DNA from: a virus
Taxonomy: Duplodnaviria > Caudoviricetes
Direction: 5' to 3' (one strand)
Length of the DNA stretch: 50,049 bases
Virus record (IMG/VR): IMGVR_UViG_3300045912_000109
Coordinates: 1-50,049 of that record
The notes beneath the pieces were generated by a model, which searched no databases, was not told the origin of the DNA, and saw only the letters and a list, made by a program, of their open reading frames with translations. Shown one piece after another: positions 16,562 through 24,275 of this stretch (its first letter is position 1; every line of letters begins with the position of its first letter). Both the position numbers and the translations under genes were made by a program.

Positions 16562-16890
16562 TGTTTGTGTGTGTTTGTTGTTAGAGAATCAGGTATGGTC
16601 TTAATAGAAACCCCGGACGACTGCTTGAAGATTATCATTCGTCTTGCAGGAACTATCTTTCCATTCGGAATGCTCGGACTTCTGATAATTCGCTCTTCCA
16701 AAACTTTCGTGAAAAACGAACCTAAAGATGGGAGCGGAACGCAGAGACCAGCTTTCATATACTCAATGAGAACTTCGATGAACGCATCGCATATAATCTT
16801 AACGTCCGCTTTATTAAATCCAGAGACATGAGAAACATCATCAACGAACTCAGCGTATGTTGCTCTTCTCAAAATACACTTAGTTGCCAT
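16558..16890 (-). CDS. HU/IHF-like histone-like DNA-binding protein
   Basis: SGFNKADVKIICDAFIEVL...VPLPSLGSF...RIIRSP...VPARRMIIFKQS. Confidence 0.85.
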   Translation of the reverse strand: MATKCILRRATYAEFVDDVSHVSGFNKADVKIICDAFIEVLIEYMKAGLCVPLPSLGSFFTKVLEERIIRSPSIPNGKIVPARRMIIFKQSSGVSIKTIPDSLTTNTHKQ

Positions 16891-17101
16891 ATTTCCTCCT
16901 TAGTCTTGAATACTTCCCCGCCAAAATCATCATCAATGCAAGAACTATCGCAAACGATAGCGCAATCGGGCCGCAGGCCGCGCTCGTAAAAATGCCGGAC
17001 AAAGTTAGCTTCGCCCCGTGAAAGCAAATCGCGGCGCAGTATCGGAAGAAAAGCAATCCCCCGAACGACCATATCAAAACGAAAATCGTTAGCTCGTTCA
17101 T
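16880..17101 (-). CDS. Small membrane protein
   Basis: Two hydrophobic segments; ATGA overlap with the upstream gene. Confidence 0.55.
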   Translation of the reverse strand: MNELTIFVLIWSFGGLLFFRYCAAICFHGAKLTLSGIFTSAACGPIALSFAIVLALMMILAGKYSRLRRKYGN

Positions 17102-17463
17102 TTTGCGTCGGCTCCGTATATCAGCCACCCCTTTTCGCGGGAAATAGCTGGATTTGCGTGGATAAATTTGTGTCCCTCATCTGAAACTGCCATCCAAGTG
17201 CCAATATCAAGCATGTTTTTTCCAAGCCTTCCTTTCATGTGGTGAATCTGGCATGAAGGAAGGTGTGGATAGACAGCGCATCGTGGGTTCATCATCAAAA
17301 ATTTCTTTCTAAGTTCCGCATAAACTTCCTTAGTCCGAATCATTTTCTTCGAGACTTTGTTCATTGGTTTTTTTGCCTTTAGAGCGGCTGGCTTTTTGGG
17401 CTTTTTCTTGAGTTTTTCTATATACTCCTCGTATGTCGGTTTCTTGAATCCACTTTTCTTCAT
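17098..17463 (-). CDS. HNH-like endonuclease
   Basis: RCAVY...QIHHMKGR...WMAVSDEGHKFIH. Confidence 0.7.
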   Translation of the reverse strand: MKKSGFKKPTYEEYIEKLKKKPKKPAALKAKKPMNKVSKKMIRTKEVYAELRKKFLMMNPRCAVYPHLPSCQIHHMKGRLGKNMLDIGTWMAVSDEGHKFIHANPAISREKGWLIYGADAK

Positions 17464-18085
17464 CAGTTTCCTCCTGAGATGTCACGAAATCATAAATTGC
17501 TCTTAGGAAAGAGCTATGCCGCTTGTTGCGGATATTGAAAGTTTTTGCCGATGACTGTGCATCAAGTTTAGCAAGCGAGCTAATTATGTCAATCCAATGC
17601 AGCCTGTATTCCGATCCCTTAAAAGGAAGGAATGGTTGAGAACACTCAGAGAAAATCTGCTGAAACAATCTCAATGTGATGCTTTTCTGTTCAACCAAAA
17701 CCGCCAATACTTCATGCCACCTGTGGGCGACTTTCGTAAGTATCGTATCCGATAGAAAGGGATTTTCCGAAACAGAGTTCACGGTGATCCATACGGACTC
17801 AAACTCTCTGGCATTTGCACAGCGGAATTTGAACGGGAGGAATACGTGTGGCCCTAATTTGAATTTCGGATAAACCGAGATTCCGTAGAACCTGTTGTAG
17901 AACTCCAAAGCCGCCCTTTCTGTTTGTATGACAAGCGGATTTGCCGAGGTCACTTCAAACCCCGGAAAAGAAGAGTGGCGGGATGCCACCCTAATTAGCT
18001 CTTTTCCTATCTCTAGGCGATCTTTCTGGCTTGCCGTAATAGTATTTTTGGAGGTCTTTAAGACCTTGGATTGCTTCTTTCTCAT
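17330..18085 (-). CDS. Hypothetical protein
   Basis: 251-aa ORF in the leftward operon; both ends overlap neighbours, so limits are uncertain. Confidence 0.55.
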   Translation of the reverse strand: MRKKQSKVLKTSKNTITASQKDRLEIGKELIRVASRHSSFPGFEVTSANPLVIQTERAALEFYNRFYGISVYPKFKLGPHVFLPFKFRCANAREFESVWITVNSVSENPFLSDTILTKVAHRWHEVLAVLVEQKSITLRLFQQIFSECSQPFLPFKGSEYRLHWIDIISSLAKLDAQSSAKTFNIRNKRHSSFLRAIYDFVTSQEETDEEKWIQETDIRGVYRKTQEKAQKASRSKGKKTNEQSLEENDSD

Positions 18086-18227
18086 CGTTGTATTCTTGTT
18101 GAATGGTTTGTGGAAATGGCCTGCCGCGCTCGTGCATGACGCTCACCTTGTTCATCGGAAAGGCGGTTACGTGGAGGGTGAACCGCTTCCCATCGAACGC
18201 GAGGTATGGAGTAAGTTCGGAAGGCAT
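17991..18227 (-). CDS. Hypothetical protein
   Basis: First ORF after the leftward TTGACA-17 nt-CATTGT promoter (~18235-18263). Confidence 0.5.
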   Translation of the reverse strand: MPSELTPYLAFDGKRFTLHVTAFPMNKVSVMHERGRPFPQTIQQEYNDEKEAIQGLKDLQKYYYGKPERSPRDRKRAN

Positions 18228-18234
18228 GAGGGCA

Positions 18235-18320
18235 ACAATGACGCAAGGCAGGAGCTATGTCAAGAGATTTTTTTGGTTTTTTATCCCTATTGACATAAAA
18301 AGAGAAATGTGATCTACTAT
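18235..18320. promoter_or_regulatory. Divergent promoter pair
   Basis: Back-to-back TTGACA hexamers (minus strand 18258-18263; plus strand 18290-18295) separated by a T-rich tract. Confidence 0.6.
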
Positions 18321-18328
18321 GGGTTCCT

Positions 18329-18667
18329 ATGCAACACCAACATACACCACAAATAACCCGATCCATGATTCAAAACATGTGCGAGCAAGCTGCCATGTCA
18401 AAAAAGCAAATGCAGATTGTTCTGTGCAGCTTTGGGCGTGACACGGAGTATTCAGAATCAATGCAAATCCTCAAGGCGTATCCAGACAAAACTCATGTCC
18501 TCATAAAAACGACGGAAGATGAAATTGAAATCTCCGCCTTCAATAAAGACGGGGAGCCAATCGGGTGCTTCAATTCATCGTGCCCGCAAGAGTCCGAGTT
18601 CTGGATTGATGCGTTGGAAAAGCGCATTGGCTATGCCAACGCATCAGCTAGGCCGGATTTGAACTGA
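18329..18667 (+). CDS. Hypothetical protein
   Basis: 112-aa ORF directly after the rightward promoter. Confidence 0.65.
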   Translation: MQHQHTPQITRSMIQNMCEQAAMSKKQMQIVLCSFGRDTEYSESMQILKAYPDKTHVLIKTTEDEIEISAFNKDGEPIGCFNSSCPQESEFWIDALEKRIGYANASARPDLN

Positions 18668-18769
18668 GAAAAAGATTGACGTGGCGAGGAAACTGCGGTT
18701 AAATCGCCATAGTCTTGCATCAGAAACAGGACTTAAAACCAGAGCACGAATTAGGTGATTTTTCCAAAT

Positions 18770-18836
18770 CCCGGCCCTGTAACGGATGGTTTTCGTGCAC
18801 CATTTCTGAATCCGTTGCGGGGCCGGGTTCTTTTTT
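18770..18836 (+). terminator. Terminator/attenuator hairpin immediately upstream of the initiator gene
   Basis: 18-bp stem CCCGGCCCTGTAACGGAT / ATCCGTTGCGGGGCCGGG followed by TTCTTTTTT, 3 nt before the ATG. Confidence 0.75.
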
Positions 18837-18839
18837 CCC

Positions 18840-19991
18840 ATGAATGAACTAGAAGCAATCAGGATACGTCGGCAACACTTGTGCTCCAAGCCGATAGTCT
18901 TTAGCAGGGAGCTTGTTGCTGTGTGCGAAGGATCGCATGTCGGGGCCATACTCTTGAGCCAAGCAATGTATTGGGAGGAGAAAATGGGCAGGGAGTTTTA
19001 CAAAAGCAACGAAGATTGGCAAAAGGAACTCTGCATGTCTGAGAGAACATTCAAGACAGCAAGGAGCCATGTAGAAAGGTTTCTGCATGTGGAAAAGAAG
19101 GGATTGCCAGCAAGAAACTGGTATAAAATCAAGTGGTCTGAGCTTCACCGGGCATTGGCCGAGCTAGATTCCAGTGCGGACGAAAACGTCCTGTCCAGTG
19201 CGGACGAAAACGTCCTGACTGGAACGGACGAAAACGTCCGCACTATTACAGAGAATACAACAGAGATTACTTCAAAGAATACAATACCCGAAAAATCTGC
19301 TAACGCAGATTGTTCCGGGGAGACAGATGATTTTTCAGAACTATTTTCAGAACTAGAAAAAATCGAACAACCAGAACTATTCCATTCCCTACCAGAAAAC
19401 GAGAGCGTTATCGGAAACGATAAGCTACCGAAAAAAGAAAAACGAACTGACCGAATTTTCTCCCCCCCTAGTCCGCGCCGCCCCCCCTCAAAACGCAAAA
19501 CGGCGCAGCGCATTTTGAAAGCCGTGAGTGCGCAGGGGTTGAAGATGGCCGAGTGGTTTGCTTCCACGTTCCCGAGTAATGTGGAAATCACTCCACGGAG
19601 AGTTAAGGAGTTTGCCAGCCACTTTGACGAACTTCTGGCTCGCGGCAAGACGGAGGCGGAAATAATGACTGCCTGCAAATATGGCCGGGGAGACAAATTT
19701 TGGAAAACCAACTTTTTTTCTCCGGCGAAGCTCCTCGACAAAAACGATCAAGGGATGACCTACTTTGATGTATTCACCATCAAGGCAACTGCCGGGGCCG
19801 CATCTCCCGAAAAGAAACAAGAGCCGCCGCCGCCTAGGCAGCAATACAAGGTCAGCCCTGAGAAGTTCCGCGCCTTCATAATGGACCAATATCCTCACAC
19901 TACGGATGAGAGAGACCTCAACCCGGACACCACTCAATTCCCGATTAGGGTGAAAGAATGTTACGAAGCCATCCAGCGAGGAGAAATCTAA
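18840..19991 (+). CDS. Replication initiator (lambda O-like organisation)
   Basis: N-terminal wHTH pattern (GAILLSQAMYW...FYKSNEDWQKELCMSERTF), internal iterons, DKFWKTNFFSPAKL C-domain, directly upstream of DnaB. Confidence 0.85.
   Translation: MNELEAIRIRRQHLCSKPIVFSRELVAVCEGSHVGAILLSQAMYWEEKMGREFYKSNEDWQKELCMSERTFKTARSHVERFLHVEKKGLPARNWYKIKWSELHRALAELDSSADENVLSSADENVLTGTDENVRTITENTTEITSKNTIPEKSANADCSGETDDFSELFSELEKIEQPELFHSLPENESVIGNDKLPKKEKRTDRIFSPPSPRRPPSKRKTAQRILKAVSAQGLKMAEWFASTFPSNVEITPRRVKEFASHFDELLARGKTEAEIMTACKYGRGDKFWKTNFFSPAKLLDKNDQGMTYFDVFTIKATAGAASPEKKQEPPPPRQQYKVSPEKFRAFIMDQYPHTTDERDLNPDTTQFPIRVKECYEAIQRGEI
19170..19240. repeat. Iterons / putative replication origin
   Basis: Three 24-bp-period units, each containing the palindrome GGACG-AAAA-CGTCC, followed by an AT-rich tract. 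Confidence 0.85.
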
Positions 19992-21286
19992 TGGCAAAAA
20001 ATCTACTCCCATCAGACCACAAAGCAGAGATGGCCTTACTGGGGTCAATTTGTTTATCACCGAACGCCGTCATGCCTTCCTGCATAGAGCAGGGGGTGGA
20101 GAGCTACTTTCAAGACAAGTTTCACGCAATCGCATACGACATTCTGAAAGACATGTATCTTTCGGGCGAGCCGATTGATTGTGTGACGCTGACTCACAGG
20201 ATAATGGCGAGCGGTCAGTTCCCTCAATACTTATGGGGTAAGTTGACTGGCGACATTGCCACGGCGGTAGTTACGCATTACGGGTTCGAGTCATACATCT
20301 CAATTCTCCGCGAAAAATATGTTGCTCGAAAAGCAATCGAAATCGGGGGGAAGCTGACTGCTATCGGAAACGATATTACGAAAACCCCGGAAGATGTTGT
20401 TTCACTACTCATTGAGGCCGAGCGAGAGTTGACAAAACATTCTTCTGGAAGGGGCAAAACTCTTTCTGCAAAGCAAGCCATCAAGTTATCAATCGACAAA
20501 TGGGAGGAAATATCTCGCAGGAAGGAGAAGTTTATCCCCGGCATCCTTTCGGGAATCCCCTCTCTTGACAACACGACAAGAGGATGGAGGGCAAAGCAGA
20601 TGATTGCGATTGGGGCCAGAACAAAGGGCGGCAAGTCTGCATTAGCCATGCAGTTTGCCGTGGCAGCATGTAAGTTGAGCGAAAAAAGCGTGGGATACAT
20701 TAGCGCGGAGATGAGTGTTGACCAGCTTACGGACAGGGCGATAAGCCAAGAAGCCAGAGTAGATTTGGCGAAAATGACAGAAGGCGGATGGACGAAAGCA
20801 GAGCTAGATGCCATACGGAACGCCGCTGCCGCCATTGCAAAAACAAAACTTTACTTCCGGGAGTCATACGACCTGTCGGCGTGTCAATTCCAAGCCATTG
20901 CAAGGCAAATGGTCAACGACCACGGATGTTCGCTACTAATCGTGGACTATCTGCAACTGATGCGTGGTGACTCAAGAGACATGAACCGGGAGCAAGAAGT
21001 TAGTTCAATCGGGAGAGTAATTAAAACAACTGCCGCCGAGCTTGAAATCCCGATTATCGTCTTGATTCAGCTTAACAAAGATGGGGTGAGCCGGGAGAGT
21101 TCAGCGGTAGAAATGCACTCGGATGTCGTAATCAACATCGAATACAAAGAAAACAAAAACGACGAAGAAGAAGGAAATGAGGTTGACTGTTTTTTGAGGG
21201 TGAAATACAACAGAGACGGTGCTAATCCCAAAATTCCTGTGAGATTCATTAAAAACCAAACCCGCTTTGAGGAGCGATTTTTCTAA
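19991..21286 (+). CDS. dnaB: DnaB-like replicative helicase
   Basis: AEMALLGS, GARTKGGKS, SAEMS, IVDYLQL, REQEVS, LIQLN, KYNRDG. Confidence 0.93.
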   Translation: MAKNLLPSDHKAEMALLGSICLSPNAVMPSCIEQGVESYFQDKFHAIAYDILKDMYLSGEPIDCVTLTHRIMASGQFPQYLWGKLTGDIATAVVTHYGFESYISILREKYVARKAIEIGGKLTAIGNDITKTPEDVVSLLIEAERELTKHSSGRGKTLSAKQAIKLSIDKWEEISRRKEKFIPGILSGIPSLDNTTRGWRAKQMIAIGARTKGGKSALAMQFAVAACKLSEKSVGYISAEMSVDQLTDRAISQEARVDLAKMTEGGWTKAELDAIRNAAAAIAKTKLYFRESYDLSACQFQAIARQMVNDHGCSLLIVDYLQLMRGDSRDMNREQEVSSIGRVIKTTAAELEIPIIVLIQLNKDGVSRESSAVEMHSDVVINIEYKENKNDEEEGNEVDCFLRVKYNRDGANPKIPVRFIKNQTRFEERFF

Positions 21287-21287
21287 A

Positions 21288-21773
21288 ATGCTGACGATTG
21301 GGGCAGTTGATCCGGGAAACTCCGGCGCAATAGCGGTTATGAGCCAATCCTCAGATGCCATTTCCTGCAACGAGAATCGCCGTGTAGGGGTTTTTAGGTT
21401 CTCGGAGTATGGATACAGCGGAATGGCGGAAAAACTCGCAGAAATCGACTTTAATTTCGTGTTTTTGGAGTCCGTTCATTCTTTTCCGAGCCAAGGAGTA
21501 GTCTCCGTGTGGAAATTTGCGGAGAATTTTGGGTGGTGGAAGGGATATTTTGAAGGAAGAGGGGTATCCACAACCTTGGTGGCCCCGCAAACTTGGCAGA
21601 AACCTTTGGGAATCCCAAGCGTAAAGTCTGTTGGGAAGCAGAATCACAAAAAACTTCTCAAAAAAGCCGCGCAAGCTCTTTTTCCGAAACTGAAAGTAAC
21701 ACTCGAAACCGCAGACGCACTACTCATCTACCACTATGCAAAAAAAGTTCTCGAAAACAGTGATAAACCCTAA
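21288..21773 (+). CDS. RuvC-like Holliday junction resolvase
   Basis: AVDPGNSGAIA, FLESVH, VAPQTWQK, ADALLI. Confidence 0.85.
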   Translation: MLTIGAVDPGNSGAIAVMSQSSDAISCNENRRVGVFRFSEYGYSGMAEKLAEIDFNFVFLESVHSFPSQGVVSVWKFAENFGWWKGYFEGRGVSTTLVAPQTWQKPLGIPSVKSVGKQNHKKLLKKAAQALFPKLKVTLETADALLIYHYAKKVLENSDKP

Positions 21774-21960
21774 AACCGGGCGCAAACGCACCATCAAATA
21801 CGGCCAAAAGGGAAGTTCCATTAAGCCCGGAACAAAGAAGGGCGATGCCTATTGCGCTCGCTCAAACAAAATTAAGGGCAACTGGAGGTCTGATCCGAAC
21901 TCGCCGAACAATCTGAGCCGCAAAAAATGGAGATGCCGCGGCAGCAAATCCATGAGGTAG
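21736..21960 (+). CDS. Small basic conserved phage protein
   Basis: YGQKG...YCARS...PNSPNNLSRKKWRC motif. Confidence 0.7.
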   Translation: MQKKFSKTVINPKTGRKRTIKYGQKGSSIKPGTKKGDAYCARSNKIKGNWRSDPNSPNNLSRKKWRCRGSKSMR

Positions 21961-23862
21961 TCATTCCTCGCCCCAATCGTCCGAGCCGTAATCTGCCTCA
22001 TCAAATCCAGCATACACTGGTTCTGGATCATCAAAAAACCTTCTGCGAGCATTTTCTTTTGCTTTATCGTCTCCGATAAACTCCACGCCCGCTCTCATGG
22101 CCATAAGCAGGGCATAGACCAAACTGTCTGCCATGTCGGGGGATTTGCCCATCCGCATTTTCATTTCCTTTTTTGTTTCAGCGGCCAGTTTTTTGTTTTT
22201 GTAGCCATACCGACGCGAGCACAATTCTCCTGCGAGTTCAGATTCCGGGTCAATCCCCACAAGCACCCCAAGGTTGAGGGCGTGGTAGACGTTGAACCAG
22301 TATTCCGTCACGAGACGATCATACGCCTCAAACGCCTTCCGTTTATCTTCGGCGGACACCGTTCTTGTAGTCGGGCTACCAGACGAAGAAATCCCGTAAA
22401 TATCCAAGGCGGAAGAATCTTGCTTAATCCACTCCTTGATAATCGCTTGAGAAATTTTCCCGCCATCTCCAGAAATATCCATTCCGAAGTTCACGGGCTT
22501 AACGCCGACTTCGACGCAAAGTGGCACAAGGTTTTTTGCCAAAGTTTCCTCAAAAACCCCGCCGGAAGGGAAAATGACTTTTTGGCCGACATACTGAAAA
22601 ATCTTCCGGTTTGACCCGGACTCGCGGCCTACTCTCCCAATAGTCAGAACACATCGGTCTCCGCCGACAGTGAAAGCCGTGTCGAATCCGGCAACCAGCG
22701 TTGTGCCTTCTTGCGTCCATCGCACATCTCTTTGCAGCGATTCTTTCTTCAAAATTGTCTTGTTGATTATCGTAAGCGATAGCTCTCCAAGCCCCCAAGC
22801 AAATCCCTTGGCGTTCCGAATGTAATCAAGAGCCTTTTCGTCTCCGTAGCAGTCTTTAAGCATGTCTTGCTGCTTGGCTCTTGTCAGCAGGTAGGGAAAC
22901 GGAGGAGGTTCATCGGGAGGAGCTTGAAAGTTTGGAGACTTGTCGCCGTGAAGAAAAATGCAGACACCAGTCCGAGTTTTCCACCCGTCCATAGTTTCAT
23001 TGACAGAATCATACCCGAGCGGGTGGTCTGGCTGGCAAAGCTCTGTGTGTGGGTTTTCTGTCGGAAGGGGGTTCCCGATCCCGGCAAAAAGAAAGTCGGT
23101 ATTTGCACGAAGGTTTGACCTTGCGTTGAGAACTAATTTTTCCATCTCTGCCAGTTCATCGATAAACAATCGGACACGAGTGTTTTTGCGCCCTCGTGTG
23201 GTTGCGACAGCTTGTTGACCACCAAGCCCCGGCTCAAACGCCAGTGCCTTAATTGCGTTCGTGTAGTCTTTGGTTTTGTCATTAGGATCGTCTTTATCTG
23301 GAGACCAAGCCCCCGGCATAAAGACGATCATCTTGCGATAGTCGATATTGTGTCCCATTGGAAAGTTGGAGGCGCGATGCAGTTTTCCAATCATCCCCCA
23401 AATACGGTCCTCGGAAGCCCCGAGTGTTGTTGTTGCGACAAATGTGGAAGTGCATTGAGGGGCGGCACGCCAGTCCAAGTAAGCGAAAGCAGCGACCGGA
23501 TAGGACTTCGACACGGAGGCCGGTCCTGCAATGGCAACATCTTTTTCAAAACACAACGCTTCAAAAATCCGAAGCGCACTTGTGTTTTTGTATCCGCGAA
23601 CCTCAAGTTCAAATTCGCTGCCCCAATTCAAACGAACAGCGTTGCAAAAGTGTTCGAGAGGAGAAAGAAAATGGTAGTCATCTATGTTGATTCCCATTTT
23701 GCTTTGCATTAACTTCCCATAGTTTGTATCAGGAGTTGCTTTTGGATTCTGATAGCACCCCCTCTGCATCACGTAGCCGAAAATCTCCTTGTGGAATTGG
23801 GGAAGGCCGTCTGGAAACGGATACCCATAATTTTTCTTGTCAGGAACTATGATGGATGGCAT
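21961..23862 (-). CDS. terL: Terminase large subunit
   Basis: Walker A-like GPASVSKS, Walker B LFIDELAE, GIGNP, RNase H-like GFDTAF..GGD and SPDMADSL. Confidence 0.88.
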   Translation of the reverse strand: MPSIIVPDKKNYGYPFPDGLPQFHKEIFGYVMQRGCYQNPKATPDTNYGKLMQSKMGINIDDYHFLSPLEHFCNAVRLNWGSEFELEVRGYKNTSALRIFEALCFEKDVAIAGPASVSKSYPVAAFAYLDWRAAPQCTSTFVATTTLGASEDRIWGMIGKLHRASNFPMGHNIDYRKMIVFMPGAWSPDKDDPNDKTKDYTNAIKALAFEPGLGGQQAVATTRGRKNTRVRLFIDELAEMEKLVLNARSNLRANTDFLFAGIGNPLPTENPHTELCQPDHPLGYDSVNETMDGWKTRTGVCIFLHGDKSPNFQAPPDEPPPFPYLLTRAKQQDMLKDCYGDEKALDYIRNAKGFAWGLGELSLTIINKTILKKESLQRDVRWTQEGTTLVAGFDTAFTVGGDRCVLTIGRVGRESGSNRKIFQYVGQKVIFPSGGVFEETLAKNLVPLCVEVGVKPVNFGMDISGDGGKISQAIIKEWIKQDSSALDIYGISSSGSPTTRTVSAEDKRKAFEAYDRLVTEYWFNVYHALNLGVLVGIDPESELAGELCSRRYGYKNKKLAAETKKEMKMRMGKSPDMADSLVYALLMAMRAGVEFIGDDKAKENARRRFFDDPEPVYAGFDEADYGSDDWGEE

Positions 23863-23884
23863 AAATTAAACTCTACACCCACGT

Positions 23885-24274
23885 ATGCGCCTTTGGAACA
23901 AAAATAACACACCAGTCGGAGGATGGATTTTCTTCTGGAAAGACAGTTCTGGAAGAGAGTTCAAAACTGTCGGAACCAGTGGTGGTTTTCACGGACTGAT
24001 TCGCAAGATTCGCAGGGAAATGTATGAGAACAATGTAACCCCGCCAGAATACTTGGAAGACTTGGTAGAGGATCAAATTTGCACTCGCCAGCCGCCGCAA
24101 GCGTGTTACTACGAAGGCAAAATCGGGGATCAGCTTGCAAAAACAATTCACGTTTTTGCAAGGGCGGCGGATAGCGTGGCAAGCAAAATTGGAATACAGA
24201 GCAACCTTGAGAAAAAAGCTCGCGGATGCGCTGCTTGCGGCAAGCGCAGAACTCAAATGAACCAACTCACCTGA
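23885..24274 (+). CDS. Hypothetical protein with C-terminal CxxC
   Basis: PVGGW...GCAACGKRR; first gene of the structural operon. Confidence 0.75.
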   Translation: MRLWNKNNTPVGGWIFFWKDSSGREFKTVGTSGGFHGLIRKIRREMYENNVTPPEYLEDLVEDQICTRQPPQACYYEGKIGDQLAKTIHVFARAADSVASKIGIQSNLEKKARGCAACGKRRTQMNQLT

Positions 24275-24275
24275 C

